A stretch of DNA of 64,000 nucleotides, taken from contig NC_083233.1 of assembly GCF_032191835.1 (NCBI RefSeq), forward strand, positions 31,310,001 to 31,374,000, read 5' to 3'. The translations under genes were made by a program, and so were the position numbers. Below the pieces are notes generated by a model. That model ran no database searches. It was not told where the DNA came from and was given only the letters and a program-made list of their open reading frames with translations. The DNA comes from Heteronotia binoei (lineage: Eukaryota). Each line of letters opens with the position of its first letter. The stretch's first letter is position 1. Positions 25,286-37,703 of the stretch are shown here, piece after piece.

Positions 25286-25520
25286 GAGCCAGTTTGGTAT
25301 AGAGGTTAAGTGCACAGACTCTGATCTGGGAGAACCAGGTTTGAGTCCCCATTCATCCACATGAACCTGCTGAGTGATCTTGGGTCAGTCACAGTTCTTG
25401 AAAGAGCTCTCTCAGCTCCTCACATGGTGCCTGTTGTGGGGAGAAGGGAAATGAGATTGTAAGCAACTCTAAGACTCTGGATGAAGGGTGGGGTATATAT
25501 CCAATCTCCCCTTCCTCCTC
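25286..25520 (+). mobile_element. tRNA-headed squamate SINE
   Basis: GAGCCAGTTTGGTATAGAGGTTAAG (A box), GGTTTGAGTCCC (B box), body GTGATCTTGGGTCAGTCACAG. Confidence 0.7.
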
Positions 25521-25683
25521 CTCCTCTCAGCCCTAATAAAAAGTCTAGCCTAACTATCAGCAAAGTGAAGCAGGCAAAAAAGAGCTCCTTCCTGGCTAAA
25601 CTGAAGGAACCCCCAAAATTCCTGCTCGTCCTTGACAAGTTATTTCTACTTCACCAAATGCACAGATAGCTTTAAATGGTCTG

Positions 25684-25939
25684 TGTAACGTACTCGAAAC
25701 GGAGACGAGAGAAGGGCAACATAGTTTATTAAGAGCACGTTGCAAGAGAGGGAACACGCGGGCCGGGCCCCGCTTATGTACATACCCGGTTCAGCCTCCT
25801 GTACAGGTCAGGCCAATCCTGGCCTGTTAAACTTCCCGCCGTGGATGTGGTAGGCGGGGATTCCGCGCCCCGCGCTAGAGGTGCCTGGGATACCCAGCCG
25901 CCTCTGCGCGTGGGCGCGTATTTCAGCCAATACATTACA
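25684..25939 (-). repeat. 3' LTR (256 bp)
   Basis: Plus strand TGTAACG...ATTACA. The PPT (GGGGGGGAGGAG on minus) is adjacent at ~25940-25951. Confidence 0.95.
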
Positions 25940-25950
25940 CTCCTCCCCCC

Positions 25951-28900
25951 CTAGTTAATGTACATAGTCTTTAAGATACGCGGGCGGGCGGCTCTCCCTG
26001 GTGGACCGTCTGGGAAGGTCCTGTGGGGGGGGGGCGCTGCTTCCCTGGCGGGCACGTCCGGGGGTTGTGGTGCCGCCAGAGGCGGCGGGTTTGGTTCCTC
26101 GGGCCGGTCGGGCTCGGTGGGCCCCTGCACTTCGGGCGGCGGCCCTGCTGTCGTTGGGGGCGCGTCGTCTGGCCGGCCTCTGGTTGGCTCCGCCTCCTCT
26201 ATGTCCGCTGGGTCCTCGGGCAGCGTCCGGCGGCGTAGCTGGTCGATGTGCCGCCGTAGGACCTGGCCCCCCTCGGTCGATATGTCGTAGTGGCAGGACC
26301 CCGTTACTCGTAACACTCTGCCCGCCACCCATTCGGGTCCCCTAGCGTAGTTCCGGGCATAAACTGGGTCGCCTGCGAAGAACCCCCTTGCCGCGTCCCG
26401 GACCTCGGGACTTCCGCTGGGGCCAGCGGTCCTGTTGGGGTGTAGTCGGTCCAGCCGTGTTATGAGTTTGCGCCCCATGAGGAGCTCGGCCGGACTGACC
26501 CCTGTGGCCGGGTTGGGGGTGACCCGGTTATCGAAAAGGAACGCAGCTAGTCTGTGGTCCCAGTCTCCCTGAACGATGCGGCTTAAGGCTTCCTTGGTTG
26601 TGCGGACCATCCGCTCCGCCTGGCCGTTAGTGGCCAGGTGAAAGGGGGCGGAGCGAATGTGTTTAATCAGGTATCTATTGAGGAACCCTTGGAAGTCCGC
26701 CGCTGTGAATGCTGTCCCGTTATCCGAGACTATGGTATCCGGAATACCGTGTGTGCACAAGACCCTGCGCAGCGCTTTGATGGCGGCGGCCGCTGAGGTG
26801 GACCCTACGGGAATGACCTCCAGCCATTTGGAATAGGCATCCACAATGATCATGAAGATTTGACCCTGGAATGGCCCCGCAAAATCGATGTGGAGCCTCG
26901 ACCAGGGCTTCCGGGTGGACTCCCACCGTGTGGCGGGGGCGCTGGGGGGCGCAGGCCTTGACTCCTGACACATTTGACACCTGCGCACCCACGTCTCAAT
27001 CTCCCCGTCCATTCCGGGCCACCAGACGTAGCTCCTGGCTAACGCCTTCATTCGGACTATGCCGGGATGGGTCTCGTGTAGGGATTCCAGGACTCGCTTT
27101 TGCAGCGGAGGCGGGACCACCACCCTGCTTCCCCATAATAGGCACCCCTTGTGCGCGGCTAGTTCCTCCCTCCTGGTCGTGTATGGTTTGAATTCTTCCC
27201 CCATGTTTCCCTCCGGCCAGCCCCTCATCACCCAGTCGAGCACCCTTGCCAGTGTTTTGTGTTTCTGTGTTGCCTTGGCGACCTCCGCCGCGTGGAGGGG
27301 CTGCTCCGGGAGGCTCTCTATCATCATGACCTGGTGTGCGGGGGCGGGGTCTGGGCCTACTTCTGGGAGCGGCAAGCGGCTGAGCGCGTCCGCGTGGCCC
27401 ATGGCCTTGCCTGCCCTGTGCACCAGTGTGTACGTGTAGGAGTTGAGGAATTGGTTCCACCTCAACACGCGCTGTGAGAGAATTTGGGGGGTTTGCCGGT
27501 CAGGGGCCAACAGGCCTAGGAGAGGCTTGTGGTCGGTGGCAATAGTGAACGTCCGCCCGTACAGATATTCGTGGAACTTGCGGACCCCTGCCACGATTGC
27601 CAGTGCCTCTTTGTCTATTTGCGCGTAGTTGCGCTCGGCTGGTGTCAGTGTGCGGGAGTAGTATGCGACCGGTACCTCCCTCCCGTCGGGTAGTTGGTGC
27701 CCCAGGACTGCTCCCACCCCGTATGGCGACGCATCGCATGCCAGGATGACGGGGAGGCCCTCGTCAAAATGGTGGAGCACCGCATTAGACACCAACACAT
27801 CCTTGACTGCCTGAAACGCGGCCGCTTGGCGTTTGCCCCAAACCCAAGGGGCTTTTTTGTCCAGCAGGCGGTGCAGGGGCTCTGCTAGGGCCGCCTTGTG
27901 GGGGAGAAATGAATGGTAAAAGTTAAGCACCCCCAAGAAGCTTTGTAGCTCCGCTTTGCAGGTGGGGGCTGGCGCTTGCACAATGGCTCGGGTCTTTTCT
28001 TCCGTTGGGTGGATTCCCGCTGCGTCTACGGCGAACCCCAGGAACTCCACCCGTGGGACCCCCAACAGGCATTTCTCCCTCTTGACTTTGAGCCTCGCTG
28101 CCTGGAACCGGCGGAGTACCTCTCTTAGGCGGTTGCCGAATTCTTCGGGGTCCGGGGCGGCGACTAGCACGTCATCAAAAAACGGCTGGACTCCCGGGAT
28201 CCCTTTCAGGAGAGCGTCCATTATACTCTGGAAGATCCCGGGAGCAACGCTAACCCCGAATTGGAGCCTCCTCACCCTGAAGGCCCCCCTGTGTGTCACT
28301 ATCGTTTGGGCTTCCGCCGTCTTAGCATCTACCGGGAGCTGTTGGTAGGCCTGTGCCAGGTCCAGCTTCCCGAAGATCTTGGACCCCGCTAGGGCAGCCA
28401 GAACATGGCTTACCACCGGCACTGGGTAGGGGTTATCCTGCAGTGCCTTGTTTATCGTGCATTTATAGTCTGCACAGATCCGCACCTCCCCGTTTGGCTT
28501 GATGGGGGTTACGATGGGGGTCTCCCAGGTGGCATAGTCCACAGGCTCCAGGACTCCCTGGGCTGTGAGGCGGTCTAGTTCGGCCTCTATTTTTGGCTTT
28601 AAAGCGAACGGGACCCTCCTCGCCTTGAGCCGAATCGGCCGTACCGTGGGGTCTAGCGGTAGGGAGATGGCCGGCCCTTTGTAGCTCCCTAGAGACCCAT
28701 CGAACACGTCAGGGAACTCTTGGCATATCTCCCCGAACCCCCTGGGTGTTAGGGTTTGCCCCACCCCTTCCACCCGGATCCCCAAGGGTTTGAACCACGC
28801 CAGTCCCAGCAGGGTGGCAAGCTGGCGCTTTACCACCAGGATGTCCAGCGGGCCGTAGAAGGACCCCCGCTCGACTTGCACCCGCGCCCACCCCGCGATT

Positions 28901-28960
28901 TGCACCGGATTCTTCTGAAAGTCCCGGAGTATGAAGTTCGCCGGCCTTATTTGCAGCCGC
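25951..28960 (-). CDS. pol: Pol part (RT FFDD, RNase H, integrase) of a single gag-pol ORF; open to its stop
   Basis: 984-aa open frame with KLDLAQAYQQL, PFFDDVLV, LACDASPYGVG, HETHPG...CQMC, IDFAGP, SDNG and NGQAER. Confidence 0.93.
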
Positions 28961-29974
28961 TGGGGGGGGGCACAGCTTCCTCAGGGTTTCCTCCGCTATA
29001 ATGGAGATGGAGGAACCAGAGTCCACTTCCATTTGGCAGGGGTTCCCCTCGATGAGGACCGCCATTTTGATTTTATCGGGGGTGGAGAGGGGCAAGTTCA
29101 GTACCTGCAGGGACGTGGAGTCCGTGGAATGGAACTCCGCCGACTCGTGATGCGTGGTCGGCCTCCGGCGGTTGGGCTTGGCTCGGCAAGCCCTCGCAAT
29201 GTGGCCCGTTTTTCCGCAGCTCCGGCAGTCCCAGTTCCGGTATCGGCAGTCCCGCCTGTCGTGGGGGTCGCCGCAGCTGGCGCACTTGGTGGCCGGAACC
29301 CTCTCCGTCGGTGGGGGTCGTTCGGCCGCTCGGGGGCATTGGGCGGCTCTGCTGGGTGGCCCGGCTGGGCGGCGCAGCTGGTGGGCTTCTTCCTCCTCTG
29401 GGCAGTTGTGGTCCAGCTCCTCGTGGTGGGCGGCTTCTGTCCGGGCCTTGGGGAAGGTCCTGGAGGTCCTCTCGAACGCCATCGCCTCGCTGAAGGCGCT
29501 CTGGAGGGTGAGCTCTTCTTTGGCGAAGAGCTTCTGCTGGAGCCTCTCGTCGCGGAGGCCCCACGTGAATCGGTCGGCCAGGGTGTCTTCCAGCTGGGGG
29601 AAGTTGCAGTTCCCGGCGATCTTGCGGAGAGCCGCCAGGTAGTCGGCGGCCGATTCCCCCACGGCCTGGTCTCTTCTGTGGAACAGGAACCGACGGGCCA
29701 CCCGCGAAGGCTGTGGCGAGAAATGGCCGGTGAGGAGCCTGATGATCTCCTCGTAGGACTTCTCCGTGAGGCGGGCGGGAGCCGAGAGACCCTTGGCGAT
29801 CTCGAACGTGGCTGGCCCGCAGATGCTCAGGAGAACGTCCCTCTTTGAGCCTGCGTCGGTGACCTTGTTGGCCCTTAGGTAGAACTCGACCCGCTCCGCG
29901 TAGGACTCCCAGGCCTCGGGATTGGCGGGGTCGAATGTCTCAATGTAGCCGGTGGTTCCGTTCTGTGTGGCCAT
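28961..29974 (-). CDS. gag: Gag plus protease part of gag-pol (frame broken in C9 run at 28962-28970)
   Basis: MATQNGTTGYIETFDP..WESYAERVEFYL, two zinc knuckles (CASCGDPHDRRDC, CRSCGKTGHIARAC), protease VDSGS. Confidence 0.9.
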
Positions 29975-30034
29975 GGCGGCAGCGGTCAGGCCTCGTGGTT
30001 GCCCTAGATCTCCGTGGTAGCCGCTGAGGCTAAG

Positions 30035-30052
30035 ATCCCACCTTCGTCGCCA
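30035..30052 (-). promoter_or_regulatory. Primer-binding site complementary to tRNA-Ser(GCU) 3' end
   Basis: Plus strand ATCCCACCTTCGTCGCCA equals, from recall, the 3' 18 nt of vertebrate tRNA-Ser(GCT) including CCA. It sits 1 nt from the LTR. Confidence 0.85.
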
Positions 30053-30053
30053 G

Positions 30054-30309
30054 TGTAACGTACTCGAAACGGAGATGAGAGTAGGGCAACATAGTTTATT
30101 AGGAGCACGTTGCAAGAGAGGGAACACGCGGGCCGGGCCCCGCTTATGTACATACCCGGTTCAGCCTCCTGTACAGGTCAGGCCAATCCTGGCCTGTTAA
30201 ACTTCCCGCCGTGGATGTGGTAGGCGGGGATTCCGCGCCCCGCGCTAGAGGTGCCTGGGATACCCAGCCGCCTCTGCGCTTGGGTGCGTATTTCAGCCAA
30301 TACATTACA
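30054..30309 (-). repeat. 5' LTR (256 bp)
   Basis: Direct repeat of 25684-25939. Confidence 0.95.
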
Positions 30310-30314
30310 GTCTG

Positions 30315-31736
30315 AGTGGTCAGCTTTATATAGTTTGCCTTTTCAGAGGTGCAGTAAGCTTGCTTCTCAGTCTGCTTGGCTTGCTAGTGCGGTTTCCCAG
30401 AATGCCCACCAATGTAATTCGTTTCTAGCAGCCAGCAGCACGTTGCTAGGCTGCTGGAGCGTCTTTGCCTCCCTGGGAGGAAAGGGAGGACTTTTGTGGC
30501 CCATTTGGGCACACTTTTGAAGGGGCGAGGCTTGCTGTGATAGCAGCAGCTCCATCTGCCCCCTACCTCAGTCTCCAGGCTGAGATCGGGGCAGATGGAG
30601 CTCCATTGGCAGCTCAGCCATTTTTGTCAGTTTCAGGGCTGGGTGGCTGAGCAGCGCATTTGCTTGCTCCTCTGCTGCCTGATCAGATCATAGATATGGC
30701 ACCCTCCTGAAGAGCAGCCTGGACGGAGGCTGTAGGGACTTGGCTGAAGTTCAGCTGCTGCGATCAGGCCTCTGATAAGGCCCCACAGCTGGCTGTTTCT
30801 CAGCATTGGAGTGGTGACGTTTTAGAAGAGGAGCTCTGTTTCATGGCCTGTTATTTCTTCCCCTTCTCCCCCCTCCCCCCCAACTAAGAATTTGAGGGTT
30901 CTCAGGGTGGTGGTGTTTTTCTGCGCATCTTTCCCTTTTAGTTTAGCCAAGGGGAGGAGGATTTTGTATGGGACAAATTTTTTGTTTTCTGGGCTGCTTC
31001 AGGCTGGGTCGGCCATATTTGCTTCTTCTTCATAAGGCAGCGACCATTTGGGAGGCAGTGGAGTGGAGGCCATTTTGGGGGTCTGTTTCCGTATAAGGCA
31101 GCTTCATACAGGCATCCAGTATCAGCTTCTAGCGATTGTTCTTTGTGAAGGTGTAGGGAGCCATTTTAAGTGGTGCCCAGCAGCAGCCATTTTAGGTCAG
31201 TTTCAGTGAATTCAAGGGCAACCATTTTTAGGGGCATTTCATTAGTTTTTATTGTTATCTCGGTTTGAAAATGCCTGGGAAGAAAGGGTCTGGGAGACTT
31301 GGCTTTAGTAGTGGCAGGTTGTTAATGGGTTTATGGTTCTATGCGGCTAGGGGAGGACCAAAAAGCATCCCCCTTTTGGGGAGTTAGGAGTCTGATAGGA
31401 TAAACCTTAGGGTTTGATGACCTGGGGTGTGAGAATGCAGACCATCCTGGAGGCTTGACTAGAGGGTGCCTTCCATTGAGATGTGTGTCTGGTGGTTGGG
31501 CCCTCTGGGGCTTGCCTCCTTGCTTGGCTGGCTTGGCGGGAGTTGTACCATACAGCTCCAGCTGAGAGGCTTGGTCTCTAGTCTGCTAATGGCAGGGCAG
31601 CGGTCTGTTGAGACCCCTGGCCCTGACCAGGCCGCAGTTCTTGTTGCTCTTGCCATTTATTATTATACTTAATAAAGTGGCCCCTTAATTATACCAATAC
31701 CTTGTGTCCGACTCTTCATTCTGATTTGGGGGGCAA
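30315..31736 (+). mobile_element. Probable non-autonomous or remnant Ngaro-related element
   Basis: The last ~80 nt (AATAAAGTGGCCC..TGTGTC.G.CTCTTCATTC.GA.T.GGGGGGCAA) resemble the end of the Ngaro at 38670-38741. ATG-PGKKG at 31271 resembles the MAPKKG ORF1 start. The 5' boundary is uncertain. Confidence 0.4.
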
Positions 31737-32096
31737 TTGTTCTCTTCCTTCTTAGGGAGAGTAGGGTGGGGAACAAATAGTGAGGATCATACATTCAAAA
31801 ATGAGGTGGGAAAAGCTTCAAAATTGTAGCAACCATACCTGTGACTATTTCTAGATCCTGTTTGTGTCTTACACAACAGCATAAGTAGAAGATATAATTA
31901 TGCATGTACAACTACCAAGGTTCCTGTTTTGTATGGTCTATTCAATCTGAATGTGTGCACGGGTAATATGAGGGAGAAAGATGAAAATGGACAGAGTGAA
32001 CTGAAAATTGCAGCAAATGGCAGGCTCACAATGTTCTGTATAGAATTCAGATTTTTTTTTTCTTAAATGGAGAATTCCTAATGAAATTTGGAACTC

Positions 32097-32465
32097 CAAC
32101 ATTTATTTATTTATTTAGTTCGATTTATATCCCGCCCTACCCCACCAAAGCGGGCTCAGGGCAGCTCACAACACAAAAATTCTTACAATAAAATTAAGAA
32201 TTAAAATACATTAATAATTTACACAGTAAAAATAAACAACAATTCATCGATGTGCTATCCCATAGTCTTCCTTAGAAGTATTCAGATGCCGGTCAGTTGT
32301 ATGCCAACTGGAAGAGGACGGTCTAACAGGCCCTGCAGAATTGCCCAAGGTTCCGCAGGGCCCTCACCTCTTCCGGCAGCTAGTTCCACCAGCAAGGGGC
32401 TGTGATCGAAAAAGCCCTGTCCCTAGTTGACTTCAGACGGGCCTCCTTGGCCCGGGAATTGTAAG
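32097..32465 (-). mobile_element. L2-clade LINE 3' end
   Basis: (ATTT)n tail then ATATCCCGCCCT...GGGCTCAGGGCAGCTCACA, reverse of the element at 6590-6922. Confidence 0.65.
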
Positions 32466-33638
32466 GAGATTTAGAGAGTGCATTGCATGAGGGGAATTTT
32501 GGAAGCAGCCTAGTATTCAAAAGATAATCTTTCAAGCATTCACTTATCCTTTATGAGGAGCCAGGGCCTTTGAAAAACATAATTAGCACAATCACTTCTA
32601 GTTTATGCTATCACAAACTTCTAGTTTATTGCTAGCACAATCACTTCTAGTTTCAGACCCAGTAGTTAATACCATGGTGCTATTGATGCTCTAGAAATTT
32701 CCTTAATTTCTTTGGGGGAGATTAACATAGAGATTTAAAAAAATCCTAGCACATCACATTATGCCATGATGCCACTTCCAGGTCCCAAAATGGAATTGAT
32801 ATCATGACACCATGCTGCACCCCTAGTTTTGCTTCCACTGTTCCATCAGGCAGCAGTGACAAGTGGGAACATCATGGGCTCTATAGCAGATACCGGCCCC
32901 TCCCAGCCGGGCTGGCCCCACCAGCAATAGGCTGCAGGCCGCTGTTGCAGACCCAGAAGGAGGGAAGGCTGACCCTGTTATCCCGGGCATCCAGGAGCTT
33001 GGTTTGGGTGAGGATCGGGGCTATAAAAGCCTCCAGCCCCGCCCCTTAGCATGCAGTTTCTTTCAGCTCTTGGGAGGAGAGCCTTGTCATTGGAGCTTCC
33101 CTGTCAGGCCATGCGTGGGCGGTGCCGACGCAAGCAGCCGCGTGTGTGAAGGGCATCCCAGGCAGACTGCGGGCTGCTCTGGGTGTCGTCCGGCAGTAGC
33201 GACTAGTTTCTCAGCACAAGTGGCAGTAGCTGGGAGGGGCCACATAAAGGCCGGCTGGGAAAGTGAGGGGAGGCTTGTGTTGGCCCAGTGGGGTGGGGGT
33301 CACCAGAGGAAGGTCCGTGGTAGTGGGGGGGCTTGACCAGTAGGGCCCCTCTTCTCTCCTGTGTTTTAGTGCCTATGTGGGGCTGCTTGGGGGTCGGTTT
33401 CCTCCACCACCCCCCTTGTGTCCATCGCATTACTGGGGTAAAGGGGGTATTTGTTAAGAGGGTGGCTGCACTCCCCCCAGTGTTTATTTCAATCTTGCTG
33501 GGCATCGGGTGAGGAGGGTGGTAAGGATCAAGGCAGGCCATGTAGCCCCGGCCCCTCTCCCTTTTTTAAGGGAGGGCCTACATATAAGGAAGTTGGTGGG
33601 GCCAACCGGGGGTTAAATTATTGTCTGGGGCCTTGGTA

Positions 33639-35193
33639 ATGGCTCCAAAGAAGGGTCAGGGCCCCTCTAAGGGTAAACAGCTGGCCAGGCCCCCAAGAAG
33701 GCGGGGCCAGCAACCCAGCCCCTCTGGGGAAGTGGGCAAGGAGGCCCAGATAAGACAGGCCATTATGAGCCAATTAGACGCTTTGGACAGCAGAGGGGTG
33801 CTACAGGGCACCTATATGGGAGGGGCGCCGCAAGGCAATAGGTCGATCTTCCCGGTTGACTTTTGAAAAGAAGGTGCTGACCCATCTTTCTGCATTACAG
33901 GGCGGTTACAGGGTGTGGACATGAGACACGAATTGGACCAGGAGAATGGTGCTGACACGGGGAAGTTGCCCAGCGGGGAGCCCCAGGATTGTGGGGCAGT
34001 AGAAGAAGTTGGGCAGCCGGCCCCAGTTGCCGTGGTGGCAGTTACCCCCTCAGGGGATGGGGGTAAGCCTTCCTTACAACACCAACCTCAGGTGTGGCCC
34101 TGGGGCCCCTGGGGCCTTTCACAGTCCACAGTGTCCCCAAGTAAGACATGCGGGGCAGCAGTAATGCCTGGAAATGTTGGTCCTTGGGTACCCCAGGGTT
34201 TGGCTGGGTCATCATGGGCTTGAGGCGCTTCTTTCGTATCGCCACCAAGCCAGAGTGGGACAGGTGCCACTTCACAGGCTCCTTTGCAGGCGGTGGCCTC
34301 ACTGGCTTCACAAAATACCCTTGTCCCACAGCCCACATCGAGCGTGCTTCCATGGGGGGGGGGGGGCAAGGACAGTTGTCAATGCACGGGGGGTGACCAG
34401 GTTCCCCATGCAGTATGTGGAACCATCCCCCGAATCCCTATGGGTCCATACCTTTTCAGGTTCTTCCATATGGCGACAATGCACTGCCATTGGGAGATCA
34501 CCTGTCAGTGGCTATAAGGGCTAAGATTTTGAGGGGGGAATATGTTGACGTCTTCAGCCTCCTCTTTAGAGAATTGGAAAAGAAGGATAAGGAGGAGCTA
34601 GATGACAAGGAGAAGGAAAAGTTAAAGCGTAGAATGGTAGATAGGACCTGGGCCAATTGGCTGCCAGGCTTCTTAATCTATGCAGGGGTTATTGCTAGGG
34701 TGAAGCCAGTTCGGGCGGCTGAGCTTTTTCAGTATTGCAACATAGTGTACCGCGCATACACTGATTTTGTTGGTGCGGCCTGGTTGCAATATGATGAAGC
34801 CTTTCAGATGCGGGTGGCAGTCAACCCAGGCTGCCTTGGGACCAGATTAATCAGCAGCTCTGGCTGCAGTTGATGTCACTGGCGAAACCTAATTTAGGTG
34901 ACAGGGCGGATAGTGGAAACCTAGTGCATAAGCAACAGGTGAGTGTAGGTGCTCGCAGTACGGCGGGCCAGTCGGTTCAACCCCGGCTGTTATGTTGGGA
35001 ATTCACGTCCAAGGGCGTGTGTTCCAGGAAGGCGTGTAAGTTTAAACATGAGTGCCGACTGTGCGGCGGGTCACACGCCTTTTCAGCCTGTAGCAAGTCT
35101 AAACACAGGGTGGGTGCTAAACGCCCAGGGGGAGGGGGTAGCCAGCAGCCACCTGGAAAAGGGACCCAGTCCCATACATCTGATGGTACTTAG
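33639..35193 (+). pseudogene. ORF1 (gag-like) with C-terminal CCCH/CCHC zinc finger, frameshifted
   Basis: MAPKKGQG..., PLGDHL...IRAKILRGEYVDVFSLL, WLQYDEAF, CWEFTSKGVCSRKACKFKHECRLCGGSHAFSAC. Confidence 0.8.
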
Positions 35194-36700
35194 GCGGTTG
35201 CTGGTCAATTATCCCCTGGTAGCTGATAGGACCTATCTATTGGGCGGTTTTTCCTTTGGATTACGGATTCCGTACCAGGAACCTAGAGTACCTTGTTCAG
35301 CCCCTAGCCTTCATTCAGTTTTAGGAATGGAGCATGTAGTAAGGGCAAAAATAGCTAAGGGGTGCACGGAGGGGAGGGTCCTAGGCCCCTTTGAGGCTCC
35401 GCCAGTACCTACTTTATGGGCATCTCCCTTGGGGGTGTTGCCTAAAAAGGCACCAGGGGAATACCGTTTGATACACCACTTGTCCTACCCCAGAGGTGGA
35501 TCCGTTAACGATTCCATTCCGGACGTTCTCTGTTTGGTCAGGTAGACCTCGTTTGACCAAGCAGTCAAAATGGTTCGGGGTTCTGGTGTGGGGGCTGAAA
35601 TGGCAAAATGTGACATTAAGTCAGCCTTTTGCCTTTTGCCGGTACATCTGGAGGACTTTGATCTGCTGGGCTTTAGTTTTGAAGGAAAATATTACATGGA
35701 TAGGGCCTTACCCATGGGTTGCTCAGTGTCTTGTGCTGCTTTTGAGCGATTTAGTTCCTTTATGGAATGGGCACTTCGGGCCAGGTCTGGGCTAAGCAAT
35801 ACAGTTCACTATTTGGATGACTACCTTTTTGTTGGCCCGGCGGGGTCCGGACAATGTGCCAGGTTATTGCGGTCATTTGTGGAGCTGGTGCAGGAACTCG
35901 GGGTGCCGTTGGCACACGAAAATACAGAGGGCCCTAGTTTGATTCTGACATTTTTAGGCATTGAGCTGGACACCATGCAGCAAGCTTCACGGCTGCCTGC
36001 AGAAAAAGTGGAAGAGAGTGATTGGCTTCTCTTAGGAAGCAGCACAAAGTGTCATTGCTTGAGCTCTAGCAGATTGTGGGGCATCTCAACTTTGCGTGGA
36101 AAGTTGTGGCCCTGGAGAGGGCCTTTTTGCGGTGACTATGTGACGCCATGGGGTCCCTGTGGATCCCTCACCATAGAATTCGAGTGAGTACAGGCATGCA
36201 AAGGGACCTAGAGGTATGGGAACAATTTTTGGATTCCTTCAATGGAATTTCATTTTGGCGGGAGGACTTAAAGATTGAAGTGGCGCTCCAGATATCTTCG
36301 GATGTGGCAGGCGCCACCGGATTCAGAGTATATTTTTGAGGCCACTGGTGTGCGGAACATTGGCCCGCCGGGTGGTTGGCCAGTGGGCTATGCCGTGACA
36401 TCACTTTTTTGGAGTTCTTTCCCATTGTAGTAGCCATTTGGCTTTGGGGGGAGCAGCTGGCCAATCACACAGCCAGTTTCTGGTGTGATAACATGGCTGT
36501 TGTAGATGTTATCAACTCCTTGTCATCCAGATCAGAATTGGTTATTAATTTGGTGCGATCGTTTACATTGTGTTGCCTCTGGTTGAACATTCTATTTCTT
36601 GCAAGGCATGTTCTGGGAGTGTGCAATGGGGTGGTGGACGCTCTATCTCATCAACATATCTAGCGTTTTCGCCAACTTGCTCCAGAAGCGGACCCTCAGC
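35150..36700 (+). pseudogene. DIRS-type reverse transcriptase and RNase H, disrupted
   Basis: SPLGVLPKKAPGEYRLIHHLSYP, AKCDIKSAF, LPMGCSVS, HYLDDYLFVG, FLGIELDT, SSDVAG, LEFFPIVVA..W, CDNMAVV. Confidence 0.9.
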
Positions 36701-36715
36701 CAGCTCAAATGCCCC

Positions 36716-37612
36716 AGGAACTTTGGCAGCTTGGGAAGCTGAAGCCGGTAGGGCAATTCAATTAGCTTTGGCTCCGAGCACTCGAAAGGCCTATGAAAGG
36801 GCTGACTTGCAGTTTCGGGTGTTTAGGAGTGCTGCTGGGCTGCCGGATAGCTGGCCAGTCCCGGTGGCACACATTATGCAGTTTTGTATTTATCAGAAAG
36901 ATAGAGGGTTACGGCTGAAGTCAATTAGGGGTCAGATGGCAGCACTTGCATTTATCAGTAAAGCGCATGACCTTCCAGAAGGTACAGATGATTTTAGAGT
37001 CAGGAAGATGCTGGAGGGTTGTTCTAGAGAGCATGGGCCACGGGCGGATGCCTGGCAACCCATGCCCCCTTCTGTCCTGCAGGGACTGTATAAGGTTTGG
37101 CCTGGTGTGTGTTCATCCTCCTTTGAGGCCACTCTGTTTCATGGTTGCCTTTTTTGGAGCACTTCGGATTTGTGAGTTGGTGGTGCAGTCAAAGAAGGAC
37201 AATTCTGACCAGGCGCTGTGTGCCAGTGATGTCAAATTTGAAGGGGAGCAAGTACGGCTGACAGTTAGGCAATCCAAAATGGACCAGCATTGGAAGGGCA
37301 TGCTTATTACAATCGGCCAGTATGTAACTTCAGAACTGTGCCCCGTCAAGGCTCTGGAACAGTATTTACAGCTCGGGGGGGAGGGGGGTGGCCCCTTGTT
37401 TCACCATAGTGAGGGTTCCTCCCTGACAAAATACCAATTTTGGGCAGTGACAGGCAGGGCACTGGCTAAGTTGGGGTTAGGGGGTGTTAAATTTGGAACA
37501 CATTCATTCTGAATTGGTGTCGCATCCATGGCAGCAGCAATTGGCTATCCACCCCCTACCATACAGCGGATTGGCCGGTGGCAGTCAGCAGCCTTTAAAT
37601 CCTAGGTGCGCC
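36716..37612 (+). pseudogene. Tyrosine recombinase (YR), catalytic residues lost to stops
   Basis: LALAPSTRKAY N-domain, FFGALRICEL (R), GTHSF*IG (HxxR, TGA at 37510-37512), IGRWQSAAFKS*VR (catalytic Y to TAG at 37603-37605). Confidence 0.9.
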
Positions 37613-37703
37613 TGTTGGTCACTTAGGAGAGCGTGAGGGCTGGTTAGTAGTTTTGTGCCCGTTGGCAATTATTTCCTTGTATTGATTGTTTTCTGTTTTC
37701 CAG

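Larger units (their letters stand above)
25684..30309 (-). mobile_element. Full-length Ty3/Gypsy (Mag/K02A2.6-like) LTR retrotransposon, nearly intact
   Basis: 256-bp LTRs at 25684-25939 and 30054-30309 (about 5 differences), 5-bp TSD GTCTG (25679-25683, 30310-30314), tRNA-Ser PBS, PPT and gag-pol. Confidence 0.97.

Noticed and set aside
28931-29848. 305-aa plus-strand ORF and other long antisense or overlapping ORFs inside the Gypsy elements
   Set aside because: GC-rich shadow frames of gag/pol with low-complexity composition and no recognisable domain.
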